A stretch of 64,000 nucleotides of DNA, from contig OX597840.1 in NCBI GenBank assembly GCA_951406725.2, positions 38,440,001 through 38,504,000 of the forward strand, written 5' to 3'. The DNA is from Octopus vulgaris (Eukaryota). The position numbers and the translations under genes were made by a program. Below, one piece after another: positions 42,444-58,522 of this stretch. How positions within the stretch are numbered: the stretch's first letter is position 1; every line of letters begins with the position of its first letter. Under the pieces are notes generated by a model. That model did no database searches and was not told the DNA's origin. It saw nothing but the letters and a program-made list of their open reading frames with translations.

Positions 42444-42507
<64 letters not shown>

Positions 42508-43579
42508 AGCATGTGTGTGCATATGTGTGTATATATGTATGCATATTTAAACTATATATACACGCACATACGCAGTCACCTGCATACACACGCACACACA
42601 CGTATATATACATGGATATATACACATATATACGTATAAATATACATAAATATATATATAGATAGATAGATAGATTGATAGATATAGATATAGATATAGA
42701 TATAGATATAGATATACACATATACATGCTGCTCGCATGCATATATCCATAAATATAAATTAATCTCTCTCATCTCTCTCTCACTCCCTCCCTCTCTCTT
42801 TCTCTAGATATATATATATATATAGATAAATAGATAGATTGATAGATAGATAGATAGATAGATAAATATCGATATAAATTTTGATATGTACATATATATC
42901 CGTTCATCTATCTATCAATCACTCTAAATATATATTTGTGTATATACATAAATATATACATACATGTACGTTTTGTGGACGCGATTGCATATTTCTCAAC
43001 ATACGCAACATCCTGGTAGTGTATGCATATAATATGCATTTATGTTGCACTATATTGTTATAGCCATATATGTTGATGACTAGACCTTTTTATTGTTTTT
43101 GTTGCATGTGTCTGTATGTGAAAGTTTGAAAGAGCGGGTGAGAGATAAAATCAATAATACCGTTCTTAATTTATCGATCTCTTACTCTTCCCACTAACAG
43201 GATTACATACAATGTCTTTGTATTGATTTTTTTCTTACTCTACGTTCTTTTTCCATTCTTTCATCTTCTCTAATCATAAATTATTTTACTCTAGCGCAAA
43301 ACTCAGCTTCTAGTACCCTCTCTGAATCTGCTAGAAATAGCAGTCATACTTCTGCAAGATGTCACCCTGCTTCGTAAAGGACAGAAAACTTTAGTATCTA
43401 ATTGATCATAATATTATATACACAATTTGATAATCGAATATTCACACAGACATTCACCCACTTTCACCTACATATATATACACACACATATATGCATACT
43501 CAAATATATACATATACATACATATATATATATTTGTGTGTCTCTGTGTATATACATACATACATACATATTTAATGCA

Positions 43580-43775
43580 AACATGAAAACACAAAGAGAA
43601 AACACAACGCGAGGACGTCCAATAGTGTTATTGGGCGTTCAGGAAAAGAAAGAAAGAAGGAGGATTTAATGTTTCGAGCAGAGCTCTTCGTCAGAAACAT
43701 AGGAAAAGGAAAGATCCAAGGAAGGGAAGACGGAGGAAAAAAACCGCCAACGATACACACACGGTCACATTTTAA
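43580..43775 (-). mobile_element. ~200 bp repeat with a minimal HHR motif at 43664-43698
   Basis: Minus strand: gttt-CTGACGA-a-gagc tct gctc-GAAA-ca-TT-aaat. Homologous to 56095-56295; microsatellite-flanked. Confidence 0.7.
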
Positions 43776-43780
43776 ATACA

Positions 43781-43816
<36 letters not shown>

Positions 43817-43899
43817 TATGTGTGTGTGTATATATATATATATATGTATGTATAAATATATATGAGAACAAATAGAGCATCTTATAACAATTAGAGATT

Positions 43900-45000
43900 G
43901 ATCTTAGTATTGAATGTTCATAGTTTAATTATGGTTAAGTTAACATTTATAGCTGTTTCAGTTTGTTATTTTTGAGGTAAACTTGCGTTATTCTCGATCC
44001 ACGTAACAAGTATCATCAGAATGATTTGAACTTTACCAGAGGAAGATTGACAAGATGATTGAATGTTGAGACTAGAAAAAAAAAGCAAGAAAGATAAATA
44101 AAAGGAAATGGAATAAAGGAAAAGGTTCCTTAGGTCTGCATTCTTAACAGATGGCATTGTGTGTACAGTTACCTCAAGCAGATGAATGGAGCAGTGAGTG
44201 GGGAAAACGACCATTTGACCGGTGGTGTTAGTTGAAAGAGTTACACCTGATATTAATATCCAGTATCATTAATGGTAAGAAATAACGCTATTTGAGTCAG
44301 GTAGATAAGTCCCTCTGATTACAAATATTGCCCGAGTTAAAACTTAAGGACGCTCTTAAAAGTCTAAGTGCGATGTACGGTTTAAATGTGGGTAACGTAA
44401 ATAGGTGTAATAAATGAATAAAATGTCGTAATGTGTAGCCACGGTTTATTACTCTTTAATATAATTAAAACAAATCAACTCGTCAAGAATAGGATAAATC
44501 GCTCGTTTAATCGTATATAGGTTAATGGCATCAGTAGCAATTAGTATGTTAGTCAGTGATCGAACTTCAATGTGAATATATTAAAGAGAATTATAGCTCC
44601 GCGTGTGCATCGTGCATCTGAGATAAATAATTCAGTTAGTCGATGTAGATTGGATATAATTGTGGTTTATGATGTTATGTCGTGCTATGTGGAAATGGGG
44701 TGGTCAAAGGGAGGTAATCAGAGGTTAGTCAAGGCAGCTATAACCAGTAATATAAAGATAGGTATTAGCAGTACTTAGTGACTAAGAATTTATCTTTAAG
44801 TAAGAATGCTAGATTTTCTCGTCACGTTTATTAAGAAATTCTCATTTGGACATTAAAGTGAAAAATTTCAAATTTATGCATAAATTTCAGCGTATATTTG
44901 TAAGCTTGTATGAAGATGTTTTGGCTAGGATGCCACCTTCTAATCGATAATTATTGCTATTATAGTTAAGTTCCCAAATTTAACTACTTAATCCTGTAGA
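43900..45000 (-). mobile_element. Very old Penelope-like RT remnant (tentative)
   Basis: Minus peptides ILIATDAINLYT (~44540) and ILDINI (~44265) occur in the expected order for the D..NLYT and FLD motifs; heavily decayed. Confidence 0.4.
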
Positions 45001-45869
45001 GTTAGCTTTATTTCCACTCTTGAAAAAGCTTGAGAGATGGAAATTATATTTAAGTTTCATTTCATTTTTAGTTGATCCTAAATAATTGTACTTGTAATTA
45101 TTGGAGAATATATTCCATTGGTGAATTACATTCTTAGTTTTTTTTTAATCCTTTATTCATAAATTCACAATTATTTTCATCTCTGCAAACCACACAGATT
45201 AGTAATATTATCTGTCAGTGGGATTAACATTTATAAGGTGATCGTCCGTATTTCTGGAATGCGAGCTATCTTGGAGGATCGCTTATCATTTCAACCAATT
45301 GGTTGTTGTGGTTATTATTGTTATTCTTCCAAGTTTCGTAGAAGGTGTCTAGATTTTATTGTTAATGGATGCTATAATAGTAGAGCTGGTTTACTAGCAC
45401 AGCTAAGGCGTATTCTCATCTTATTACAAAATATTTCTGAGTATTTCGTGCTTTTAAAGTGCTTATGTATAAGGCTCATTATAGATTTAACTATATGAGC
45501 TTTTATCTTCATCGCCAAGAGGATTATTTGCACGATGTTACCATTTTTCTGAATGCTAATCTTTATATATATATATATATATGGATAAAACGGAGGGAGT
45601 CAGAATTTTGGATAATCTGTTATTAGCGTTTTCATTCGTTTAGGAACTCGTCAAGACAAAGTCTAATCAAAATGGTAAAACCTGAAAGTTTCGTTGTTTT
45701 TTTATATGAATCGGATGAGTGTTTTTTTGTTTAGAAAAGAAGAATATTGCTTTTGGTATTTGGGAAAAAGGCGGGAAAGAAAGAGAAAGAAAAGCAAAGC
45801 GGTGGGAGGAAATAAATAAAGAGGTCTTTAGAAAGACAAAATATAATAATAAATATGAGGAAAGGATAA

Positions 45870-45946
<77 letters not shown>

Positions 45947-46489
45947 GACAGAGGGAGAGAGAGAGAGAGAAAGAAAGGAAGAGAGAAAGAGGGGTTTCTT
46001 TTCAATTTAGTGTGGTCAATTCATTGAAATTTCATTTCAAATTATTTTCCTTTCTTTCTTTTATCTCCTCTCTTTCTTTTTCCTTTTTCAAATTTTATAC
46101 GGACCAATATATTTGTAAATGAATATATTTTCTCTCAAAGTGGGGGAAAACCTAGATAGAGTGGGATGTTTCAGGACAATCAAGAAAGAGAAGGGGAAAA
46201 AAAATAATAATAATGGTTAGGGAATGGTAGCTAGATAGATAGATAGAGCGATCGGAAGAGAGAGAGAGAGGGACATTTCTTTTCAATTTGGTTTGGTCCA
46301 TTCATTAGAAATTTTCTGTCTTTTTTTCTTTCTACTTTCTTTTTTCTTTTTCCATTCTATGCTTATAAACATATTTATAAATAAACACATTTTCTCACAA
46401 GGGCAGGTGACCTTTCAAAGGTTTCATTTGTAGGAAGCAGGATGGAATAAGAACAGGAAAAGGGAGACGGTGCGGTTATCACTGAAAAC

Positions 46490-47510
46490 TTTTTAAAAAA
46501 GAGTTCAAAGTTCAAATTCCTGTGAGAATGTGTATTCTTTCACAATGTATAACCAGGTCACATATTCTGGCAAATTCTATGCGTTTCGTGAACAAACATT
46601 ACACATTAATACAATATTAATTAAAATTAGGTAGCTAGAATTACATTATCATTTAGCTACATTAGATATCTCTCCTGAACAGTGGTTCTAGTATTCCTCG
46701 GCAGGTATTGTAAGTTCTATTTATAGAGATGAGTATCACGTATTGAATATTGGAACCACATTCAGAAACAACAGTAATAGTGTAATATAATTGTTTTCTC
46801 TTCATCCGTCATCCCGCGATTATTAACCCTAAGGGGTATTTCTGCTTTCTTGGGAAGGTTTTGTGCTGATATGGCTTGCATGGTGTATGGTTGTTCCTTT
46901 TGATGTGTGAGACATGGCAAGATTAGAAATTCAAATATTGGTGCGTTTCCAATTTTCTGTAAAATATGTCTCTTGTGACTGTAGAGTTGTGTGTTCTTAC
47001 CTGAACATCCAGGAATGGTAACACATTGCAACCGGATACTGTCACGAATTAGATGGATGTATGAAATGTGTTGAGTATATTATTAACTGTATATAGGTCC
47101 TCATTTAATTGGTCCTTAAAGACGAAGCAGTCATCGAGGAAGCGTTTCCATTTTTTAATAATGTATTTTTTTATAATCCCGATTGAAGTCTCTCTATACT
47201 TCCTACTAAAGCTTATCTTCCCAGTAACCCACGACTAGGTTATCATATGAGGGTGCAAACAGCAACCTCAGAGTGGTGCCCTTTAACTATTGATATGCTT
47301 ATTATCGAACCTGAAGGTGTTTTCTTCTAGTACCACGCGTGTGGCATTGGCGATGACGGTCATTTTTGAAGTGCTCATTTATGCGTCCTCTAGGTTTTCC
47401 TACGCTGTGTTTGACTGCTTCCAATCCCAACGTGTGACGTATATTGGTATAAAGATTGGTATCTAGCTTAATAAATGACCTCTGAGAGGATACATTCTTT
47501 ATATCACATT
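46490..47510 (-). mobile_element. Penelope-like element RT pseudogene
   Basis: Ordered motifs DTNLYTNIRHTLGLEAVK, KGT...FAPSYDNLVVGY, WKRFLDDCF (47124-47150), LNTFHTSI*F...LPFLDV, DIFYRKLETHQYLNF*SCH. Confidence 0.9.
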
Positions 47511-47511
47511 T

Positions 47512-47822
47512 GTTTGTTTTGTTTGTTCCTTCTCGAGCCACGCATGGCTCATAAGGGCCGGTTTCCCGGTTTCTTTGGCGTATAGGTTCCCCACCTACAC
47601 GAGACGCCGGTCCGTTGCAGGTGAGCTGCAAGATGCAGGAGGAAAGAGTGAGAGTAAGTTGTGGCGAAAGAGTCAGCAGAAGTTCGCCATTATCTTCTGC
47701 CGAAGCCGCATGGAAGTTGAGTGTTTCCCTCATAAACACACACATCGCCCGGTCTGAGATTCGAACCCGCGATCCCTCGACTGCGAGTCCGCTGCTCTAA
47801 TCACTAGGCCATGTGCCTCCAC
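47512..47822 (-). mobile_element. tRNA-derived SINE with TSD, at the edge of or inside the Penelope relic
   Basis: A-box tggcctagtga, B-box ggttcgaatct, (CAAA)n tail; TSD tatatcacattt (47500-47511) / tatatcatattt (47823-47834). Confidence 0.85.
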
Positions 47823-48881
47823 TATATCATATTTAAATACCATGAATTGTAATTTAAGTTCAAAGCGGCGAAGCATCTTTTCTTTAATTCATTTACAGAT
47901 GAGACACGAGAACAAATATCGCAATAGCAAAAACCACAGTAATTCCTACTCGGGGATTGTAAAGATATTGAATATTTCTATTGAGTGTAAAATGGCGTAA
48001 ATTTTGTTAACAAGCAATACCACCAATATCAACGGATTCTTCATTTTGCTTTAAACTATGTTTGTTTAATTTAAAAACTTAGATTCTCTTGAATAAAATT
48101 GTCTTGTGACAACCAATAACATACTAAACAAATTCTTAAAATGAAATATTGTTCCATTTTTCACCGGTTTCCTAACGTATTATTTCTGACAAGTTCTCTG
48201 CTATAAAACATAATTTATGGGTATATTTATTGTTATTTTAATCAAAATTGAACCAAGTTATTTCAACTTTTCCCTTAAATTATTTTTTACGATACACACT
48301 AGACAAAAATAAAAGCCGCGTACAAAATATACATACACATGTATAAGAGACACACGGCTCGAAGATGTGAAGTTGTTGTTAGGAGGAAAGATGGAATCAT
48401 AACTTTGAACGCATAATGGTCCGTTGGCGCAAATGTTTCTTCCTAAATGTCATATACATACATACGCCCATAAACAGAATAACATACATAAAATACATAC
48501 ATAACATATATACGCCCATAAACAGACATGTATGTATGCGTCCCTCTATACATATATTTGTGTATATTTATATATAAATATATGTAAATATATTTATTTA
48601 TATAAATGAATATATGCACTTATATACACAAGTGTACAGCAATGCAAGAATGTGTAGGAAAGTGTACGCATTAACGCATACACATAATTATCTGGATATT
48701 TGCAATGCGTAGAAGAATATATATGATTACAAGTTTAAACATAGAGTGCAATTAATAGGTAGAAAGGAAGAAAATACAAGAATTCTTCGCAGAAATGATC
48801 AGAATATACATACAGATAGACACAATACGAAAATATGTACATACCCAGGTGAGTATAGCACTTATATACATGTTTGTAAGT

Positions 48882-48929
<48 letters not shown>

Positions 48930-50128
48930 TTGTGTGTGTGTGTGTGTATGTATATACGTATGTGTATATCTATATATATATATATATGTGTGTGCGTGTG
49001 TGTGTATGTATGTATTTATGCATGTATGTAAGTATATGTATGTTTGTTTATCTGTATCTATATATATTTCTATATCTACATGTATATATATATATATATA
49101 TATGTGTGTGTATGTGTGTGCGTGTGTATATGTATATATTTATATGTATGCACACACATAGAGAAACCTATTCATCTAACTTGTAAACACAGGTATGTGT
49201 GTGTACGTGTTTCGTGTGCGTGTGAGTGTGGATGTGTGTGGCGCTGTGTTTCTGTGTGTGTGTTTGTGTTTGTGTTTGTGTGTGTGTGAAAGCTGAAAGA
49301 TACAAAGACTAATTGAGGCTTGCAACCAAATGATCTATATATTTACAGACACAGAAGAGACGAGCATAATCACACATATACGCTGGAACCTACAGACACA
49401 CAGACGTCTCTCTCCATGTGTATTTCTACCTGTATGTATATATGTACCGTTTATATATACACATGTGTCCATATATGTCTGTGTTTTGCTGTTTTGAGTG
49501 CGTGTGTGTGTGTGAATGTTCTGCTCAGCGACGATAAGTTACTGACAAGAGTAGATTTATGTCCACTGAAAATAATAATAAAAATAATGAAAAAAATACA
49601 TATATAAAATATAGTAAAAAGCTAAAAGATCTCATTTAATTTTCACTCTCGAAATTGTAGCGACCATGTCAATTTATTTATTTCAATCCACTAATAAGAA
49701 GCTAAAAGCGAAAACAATAATAGAATAATATATAGACAGAAAGAGTGAAAGAAATATGAGGGATAAACAGAAAGAGAGTGAGAGAGGGAGCGGGGGAGAA
49801 AGAGAGACAGAGAGACAGAGTGAGTAGGAGAAAAAAAGGTTAGAGTAAAATGGCGGAGAGTGAAAAAACGAAAGGTAGAGGAGAGATAAATAAAACTTAA
49901 TCAAGAACATACAATGATGAATCGAAGAAGCAAATTTCGCAGCGGTGTATTCATACGTTAAGAGATGACAAAGTTTTAGCTGAACTGTAAAGTAATATCT
50001 CATTTAAATTGTTATATCATGAAAGCATATGGACATATACGTACGTCTGTAGGCATGTATATATGCGTATACGTGTACGTATCAGCGTTTATCGGTGTAC
50101 GTACTTATATAGATATCAGATTTATATA

Positions 50129-50161
<33 letters not shown>

Positions 50162-50171
50162 CATATATCAG

Positions 50172-50214
<43 letters not shown>

Positions 50215-50668
50215 TGTATATGTATATATGTACAGAGAGAGAGAGAGAGATGGTGGGGTGGGAGGGAGAGACAGTGACACTGATATGGAGGGGAATAGAG
50301 AGTGTGATGAAAAATAACTTGATAGAAAAATAGGAAGCATTATACCGAAATAAATGTCGACCATATATGTTCTTACGTTTACCAAGAGATATACACAATT
50401 ATGTGTATGATTACATATACATATACCCGCAGAAAGCATGCAAAATCATATGTGTATTTCGGTAAATGTATATATGTAAGCATATATATATATATGTTTA
50501 TTTAATTATATATATATACATACATACATACATATATATACGTATATATATATATATGCATAAATACACATATATATATACATACATATATATATATATG
50601 CATATATATATATAAATACCTATGTATTTAAGCGTCTATATGTGTGTATGTCTGTATATATTTATATG

Positions 50669-50700
<32 letters not shown>

Positions 50701-50772
50701 AACATTCATATGTATCTATATACACATGCATACATATATATATACATATATGTATATATATTCATATATATA

Positions 50773-50842
<70 letters not shown>

Positions 50843-50963
50843 TATAAATATCTTATGTATGAAATAAATGGACAGCTAACTAGATGTCTAGATGTCTAGA
50901 TGGATAAATAGGAGGACAAGTAGATTGCTAGGTAGGTAGGTAAATAGATAAATAGACAGACAG

Positions 50964-51027
<64 letters not shown>

Positions 51028-51093
51028 GTAGATAGAGAGATAGGTAGGTAGATAGATAGATAGATAGATAGAGAGATAGGTAGATAGATAGTG

Positions 51094-51148
<55 letters not shown>

Positions 51149-51899
51149 AATAAGGGGAGACAGATTGATTTTTATCGAGCTTCTGTTTACAATATGCTCT
51201 GTTGGGGTTTAGCATATAAAGACACATGAATCAAATTATATGTAGTGTTTCATTAGAATTAGATAAAAGAAGCATTCTTCATTGTTTCGAAGATGGCAGA
51301 TAAACTGCGAAATAAGGAAAGTAAATAAGTAGAAATAAGTAAGAACATGTTTAAAATATTAAAAAATGTTGAATCAATATTTTTCTGCCACCACCTTCGA
51401 CGATAGATTTCTAGAAGTAAAACTAAATATCCGTTTAAAAATTTGTGATAAACTATCGGGGTAGAAATTAATAAACCTCAAAATATTAATAATATTGGTA
51501 TTATTTTTTAAAATGATATTTATAATTAAAAATATTATTAATAACAATTCCATTCGGAAGAATAACAACAACGAATATAAGGCTATCGACGTAGAAGGGA
51601 TATACTTTTTTACGAATTTTTAAATATGAAGAAAAATGTACAATTTTTATGGAAGCCAACAATAAATACTTACATAATGGTTTGGAGAGTGGGGCTGGGT
51701 GTGAATGCAAAGCATATATTTCAAGTTTTCCAGGAAATATTGCAATCTCTCGCCTTTGACAGCTGTGAAATTCCCAATTTTAAAATTGAACAGGCAGCAC
51801 AAAATTATTTAGAATATTTACCAAAGATATTAACAGCTACAACATTAACAACAAGTACAGCACTAATAATAGTAATAATGATAAGAAAATCAACATCAA

Positions 51900-52560
<661 letters not shown>

Positions 52561-53049
52561 TAAACGACAACATGATTAAGAGAGAGCGAGACAATGAAAT
52601 AAGCAAAACTCATAACCTCGGAACGTATTTAAGTCATTTATTTTCGTGCTTGTTTTCCTCCTTATTCTGGTGAGTTTCCTAGGTGTTATATCCTTTTTCT
52701 GTCCGTGTTTTCTTTAATATGTTGTAATGTCGCCATTGAGATGTGTTGGCGTTTGTCATTGTCGCTGTTAGTTTTGTAATGTATCCCATTCGCTGTTATT
52801 GTTAAGGAACGAACGTAAATTATTGAGAATGACTAAATTAAAGAAAACCTCCTGGCAATGTCTTATTAATTAATCTAGTTAATAAAATGCAATTTATTTT
52901 TATGCGTGGTCTTTTGTTATGGTTTTAATTCACCAACCTTCCTAGCAACGGAATATTTTGCTAACTAAGGACCAAAAACGTAGTCAACAATCGCAGCTTG
53001 AAGAAAGAAGATAGATTAAGGACATTCAAAACTTCAGAAGTCAGTGTTA

Positions 53050-53945
53050 AATATAAGGACTTCGCTAAGGCCTACATGTTAGATAATCGCATGATATGTC
53101 ACAAGATGTGAGACCCTCACATGGCTGGTACAGGGGCAGAATCGCTGCATGACTTCATTAAAGAAAGAAGCTAGGCAGTTGCAGCCGGTGGTACACTTTC
53201 TAATGGGACTCGATGTGGCACTCCCCAGGTAAGATTTCTGGGCCACTGCTGTTTGTAATAGTCACTTAGAGAGCCATTGTCACTAATTATGCCGAAGATA
53301 CAAAATTATCACAAGCAAAAATAAAAAAGAAACAGATGACGTAGCAAGATTACAATGAGAACTCAGTACAATATATAAATGGTTTGAAGTAAACAACATG
53401 AAGTTTAATATAGGAACATCCCAAGCACTGCACTATCAACCTGCATATAGAGGACCCAAAGGCGTTGCAATGCCTGTGTCACAGACAGTGAGACTTGGAG
53501 ATCAGTTTGTATAATGATCCATAATTTCAAGATGGCAGCAAAGTGCAGACAGCTGCCAGGGTGGATTTGGTGCCATTGTATTATCGCAAAGATACCGTCC
53601 TCTCCTTCGGAGTTTAAGACGAGATACTCAAATAGCTTAGGGTCCAAAGGCCCAAGGCTTTACAGTGCGCTTCCACAAAAGTTAAACCTACACAATGTGG
53701 ACATTCTCCTATCCACAATACCGGATTAACCGATGCCTTGGTTCATCTGGTTCACCACAGTGAATGGCATAGGAATTAAACGCAAATTTGTAAACAGTTC
53801 GGACAAAAAGGCAAAGGAGTGGCCGAATAAAACGCCACCTCCCAGACGGAATCAACCGAATGAGATTCATAAAATAGCAATGCAAAATCATGGCGGTGTT
53901 CCAGCATGAACGCAGTCGCATGGCTGAAGCGAATAAAAGAAAAAC
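53050..53945 (+). mobile_element. Decayed CR1/L2-group LINE (RT to 3' tail)
   Basis: GTPQ...LGPLLFV, YAEDTK (YADDTK), YKWFEVNNMKFN, NSLGSKGPRLYSALP; tail ggcggtgttccagcatgaacgcagtc. Confidence 0.85.
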
Positions 53946-54069
53946 GATAATATAAATATATACACATACATGTATATATATACATGTATGTGTATATATA
54001 CCCACTCAGTCTCTCACGAATATATGGACATATATATACACACACTCATATATCAATATAACAATAACA

Positions 54070-54110
<41 letters not shown>

Positions 54111-54265
54111 CACGCACACACACACACTCATATATATGTACATATACATGTATATTTATATCTGTATATATATATGTACGTGTATACATATATATATATA
54201 CATATATATGTGTATATATATGTATATATATATATGTATATATTATATATATATATGTATGTATG

Positions 54266-54323
<58 letters not shown>

Positions 54324-54410
54324 TGTATATCAGATTTCCAACATCAATTAACCCATATCTATCTACCTATTTATATATACATATATACATGCATACATAC
54401 TTACACACAC

Positions 54411-54483
<73 letters not shown>

Positions 54484-55206
54484 GTAATTGAATATATGTC
54501 CTTTTATTCTCCCTCGTAAGTGCATGTGTGCGCGTGTGATTGTACGAATTGATGTCAGTGTTTCTGCGCGTGTATACGGTCATATCTCTAAATAATTACC
54601 ATCTGTTTATCTCGCAGCACCACTTTCTGACATGAATTTGGCTCCCACTCATCTTTGATTCGCTTCGTTGGCCCTTGTCTGTTGTTATTTCTTATAACAG
54701 ATTGTCTTAATAAATAGACTGCAGAAGACCTCTATTAACTTCCAATTGACCTCAACCATCGAAGGTCGCACGCGAGGTCACGCTACCATGACGTTTTTGA
54801 AATATATTTCACCAGTCTCGGCTCTGCCCAAACTTTATTTTCGTTTTAAACCCTATGCCAAGTGGTGTTATGATATAATTATTTTTATCCAAATTTTCAA
54901 TTATTGTTACATTGTTTCAAGAAGTTTGGTTTAATGCAAAACAATTGCACATGTCCATTTACCTTTCTTTGACAGATATTACTGTGTTCGTGGTATGGCG
55001 TTGGGGTTTATCGCAAGAAAAATCAATGTGTATAGAAATATGTAAGGAAATGATGGTTTGATGGCATACGAAAGTAATATCGCCCACCAGTGCCAATTTT
55101 CAATAGTATTCTGTCCAAAATAATTCGATAATTTATATAGATTTTACTGAAGAAGCACACAGAATTATATTATACCCTATGAATATATTTTACTTTTTTT
55201 TACAGG

Positions 55207-55792
55207 AAAGCGGTGAGCAGGCAGAAACGTTTGCACGCCGGGAGAAATTCTTAGCAGTTTGGAGTTCAAATTCCACCAAGGTCGACGTTGCCTTTCATCC
55301 TTTCGGGGTCTATTAAATAAATATCAGTTAGGGACTAGGGTCGATGTAATCTACTTAATCCGTTTGTCTGTCCTTGTTTGTCCTGTGTGTTTAGCCCATT
55401 GTGGGTAGTAAAGAAATAGGTATTTCATCTGCCGTTACGTTCTGAGTTCAAATTACCCCGAGGTCGACTTTGCCTTTCATCCTTTCGGGGTCGATAAATC
55501 AAGTACCAGTTACGCACTGGGGTCGATGTAATCGACTTCATCTCTTTGTCTGTCCTTGTTTGTCCCCTCTGTGTTTAGCCACTTGTGGGCAAGAAATAAA
55601 TAAATGATTACACACCGGTCAAAATATTTAGCGGTATTTCTGTCTTTACGTCCTGAGTTCAAATTCCACCAAGGTCGACTTTGCCTTTCATCCTTTCGGA
55701 GTCGATAAATAAAGACCCAGTTGCGTACTGGGTTCAATCTACTCGACTGCCCCCCTCCCCTGAAAATTCAGGCCTTGTGCCTAGAGTAGAAC
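55207..55792 (+). mobile_element. Meta-like SINE multimer (three bodies)
   Basis: Core gcctttcatcctttcgg at ~55290, ~55472 and ~55683. Confidence 0.85.
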
Positions 55793-56094
55793 AAACATCT
55801 TTTCTCTTCCTGTAAGTTTAGGTGTCTCGCGTGCTGACTTCTCGCTCTCCGCTTCGTCTTGAGTGGAATTAATATTTTCCTCAGCCACTCTGCCCCGGAA
55901 GAACATGGACAAGGTTACAGCTACAGAGATTGTTCGAAAAGAAGTTCGTGTTCCGTGCTTTTAGTTTCTATGTTCTCGGTTCTCATTTTGTTCACGTTTT
56001 TTTTACGTTTTGTACCCATATATGCATGTATAAACACATATATATGCAGGAAAGTTCATGTCTGCGTGTATATAAATGCATATATATATATATA

Positions 56095-56295
56095 CCTCGT
56101 GTGTACCGTTGGCGATTTTCTTCCTCTATCTTCCCTTCTCTGGATCTTTCCTTCTCCTATGTTTCCGACGAAGAGCTCCGCTCGAAACGTTAGACCCTCC
56201 TTCTTTCCTTCTTTCCTGAGCATCCAATAATACTATATTTGTTCCACGTCCTCGCGTTGTTGTGTTTTTTATGCTTTCTTGTTTGGATTAACTTT
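56095..56295 (+). mobile_element. ~200 bp repeat with a minimal HHR-like motif at 56161-56195
   Basis: gttt-CCGACGA-a-gagc tcc gctc-GAAA-cg-TT-agac; palindrome AACGTT; (TA)n on both sides. Confidence 0.7.
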
Positions 56296-56734
56296 ATATA
56301 TATATATATATATACCATATGTAGACACTCTACCTTTTTCTCTCTTCCTATTTAATGATGTATCTATATATTCAGCCACATGTGCAATGTTCTGATTGTA
56401 GGAGAATACAAAATTTCTTCATCTAACTTTTCCTTAACACCGTTCTTACCATAATAGATTAAATTTATATAAATCTGATCTTACTAATACTCAACGTATG
56501 CATTATACAGGTTTTTCATACCTGGAATTATCTTCAACGTTTCTACGATTTCCACGAACAGCATATTTTAAACCTATATCTCGAAAATGTTTGATTATAA
56601 ATTTTCATTAGATAATCCAGGACGTGCCAGGTTGAATTAATTAAAATGCATGCAACCCGTTCCTGCCTGGTTGATCAAAAAATTGATTTTATGTAATAAC
56701 ATTTGTATACACTAAACTGAATTTATTCGGAATA

Positions 56735-57303
56735 CATGGTCGCGTAGTAAGAAACTTGCTTCACATACGCATGGTTCCGGATTCAATCCAACAACGTGGT
56801 AAATGGGCAAGTCCTTTCTACTATAACCTCGGGCCGACCAATGACGTGCGGGTAGATTTGCTAGACGGAATCTAAAAGGCGGTAAGCTGGCAGAGAAGGC
56901 GTTGAGCTGGCAGAATCGTTAGCACGCCTGGCGAAATGCGTAGCTGTATTTCGGTTGCCGCTACGTTCTGAGTTCAAATTCCGTCGAGGTCGACTTTGCC
57001 TTTCATAATTTCAGGGTCGATTACATAAGTACCAGTTACGCACTGGGGTAGACATAATCGACTTAATCTGTTTGTCTGTCCTCCCTGTGTTTAGACCCTC
57101 GTGAGTAATAAAGAAATATGTATTTCGTCTGCTGCAACGTTCTGAGTTAAAATTCCGCCGAGATCGACTTTGCCTTTCATCCTTTCGGGGTCGATTAAAT
57201 AAGTACCAGGTACGCACTGGAGTCGATATAATCGACTTAATCCCTTTGTCTGTCCCTGTTTCCCCCTCTATGTTTAGCCCCTTGTGGGCAATAAAGAAAA
57301 TAG
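56735..57303 (+). mobile_element. Degraded CORE-SINE head followed by a Meta-like SINE dimer
   Basis: CORE head 56735-56875; duplicated head start at 56878/56898; bodies joined at gaaatatgtatttcg (57113-57127). Confidence 0.85.
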
Positions 57304-58296
57304 GAATCTAAAAGACGCCTATCGCAGATGTTTACACATATACATGTATATGCATGTGTATGTGTTTCTTTATATTCGACGGTTTCTTTCCATTTACAAG
57401 GTTTTAGTAATCCCGGTGGTACTCTTGGAGATATTTGCCCGAAATCATCCCCATATGCGTTCTATTTTATATCAAAATTAGAAAAGTTAGTTCGATATCT
57501 AACTTACTGATGTTTTGACGGCAAAAATGACATGAAATCGTCTAAAACTCATAACAAAACAAAACCCCAAAAAGGTATCTGCGTGTATAGGGGGTGTCTG
57601 TCTCAGTTTTCCAATCACCCACTGACAAGTATCGGTATGTTTGCCTCCCCGTAAACTATCGGTTCTGCAAGAGGAATCGATAGCAGAAGTATGGGCTTTA
57701 AAAAAAATGTTTTGGTATCCATTCATTGGATTAACAATTCGTCCATGTTGTGCCCCATTATAGCCGCACTCAAATAAATGAAATGTAAAAGATGCATCAC
57801 ACATGTATAATAATTTGAAGGTTGTGGTATGATGTAAGGCTGTTGTGAAACTGTTTATTTTCTATAGTTTTATCAATGATTATGGCGTCCTAGCCATTAT
57901 CCCAATTCTTGATCCATATCCAACAACGTAAAAAAATAACCAGAGACAATCATCTTTTAATCTTACAACGCTATATATTGTTTTTTCTTATTTTTGTATA
58001 TTTTGTATATTTTCCTATTCTCCTTGGAAGTATGTTGTCTTAGTGTCACGCTGTTTCGGTCTAAAACATGCTTATGCTCACAAAAATATATGCTGCGTGC
58101 TCGTTAATTCAGGAGGTCCGTCAAAAGGGTACCAATTGCAGCCAGCGGCGTGGACTGGAAAACTTGGAATTGACTTGTTTTACTAAAAGATACGAGATGT
58201 GCACAGCTCAATAGAAAACACAGTTGTACCATCATGAGTGCAACAACTTTAATTAGTTACATTTGGAAGATATTTGTCCTCATCTTGTTTGTTGCC

Positions 58297-58342
58297 AACA
58301 CAACGTTTCGGCTGATATACCCTCCAGCCTTCATCAAGTGTC
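58297..58342 (-). ncRNA. Minimal type I hammerhead motif (U3 variant)
   Basis: Minus strand: gacac-TTGATGA-a-ggctg gagggtatat cagcc-GAAA-cg-TT-gtgtt; adjacent to a (TTG)/(TTA)n tract. Confidence 0.65.
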
Positions 58343-58430
58343 TTGGGGAAATTTCGAACCTGAGATTTCATTGCTAAGGAATTTTTCGATGTTGTTGTTG
58401 TTGCTGTTGTTATTATTATTATTGTTATTA

Positions 58431-58522
<92 letters not shown>

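Noticed and set aside
57500-57790. Possible mariner/Tc1 C-terminal remnant (also 61050-61320)
   Set aside because: Only 3-4 residue resemblances; too decayed to support.
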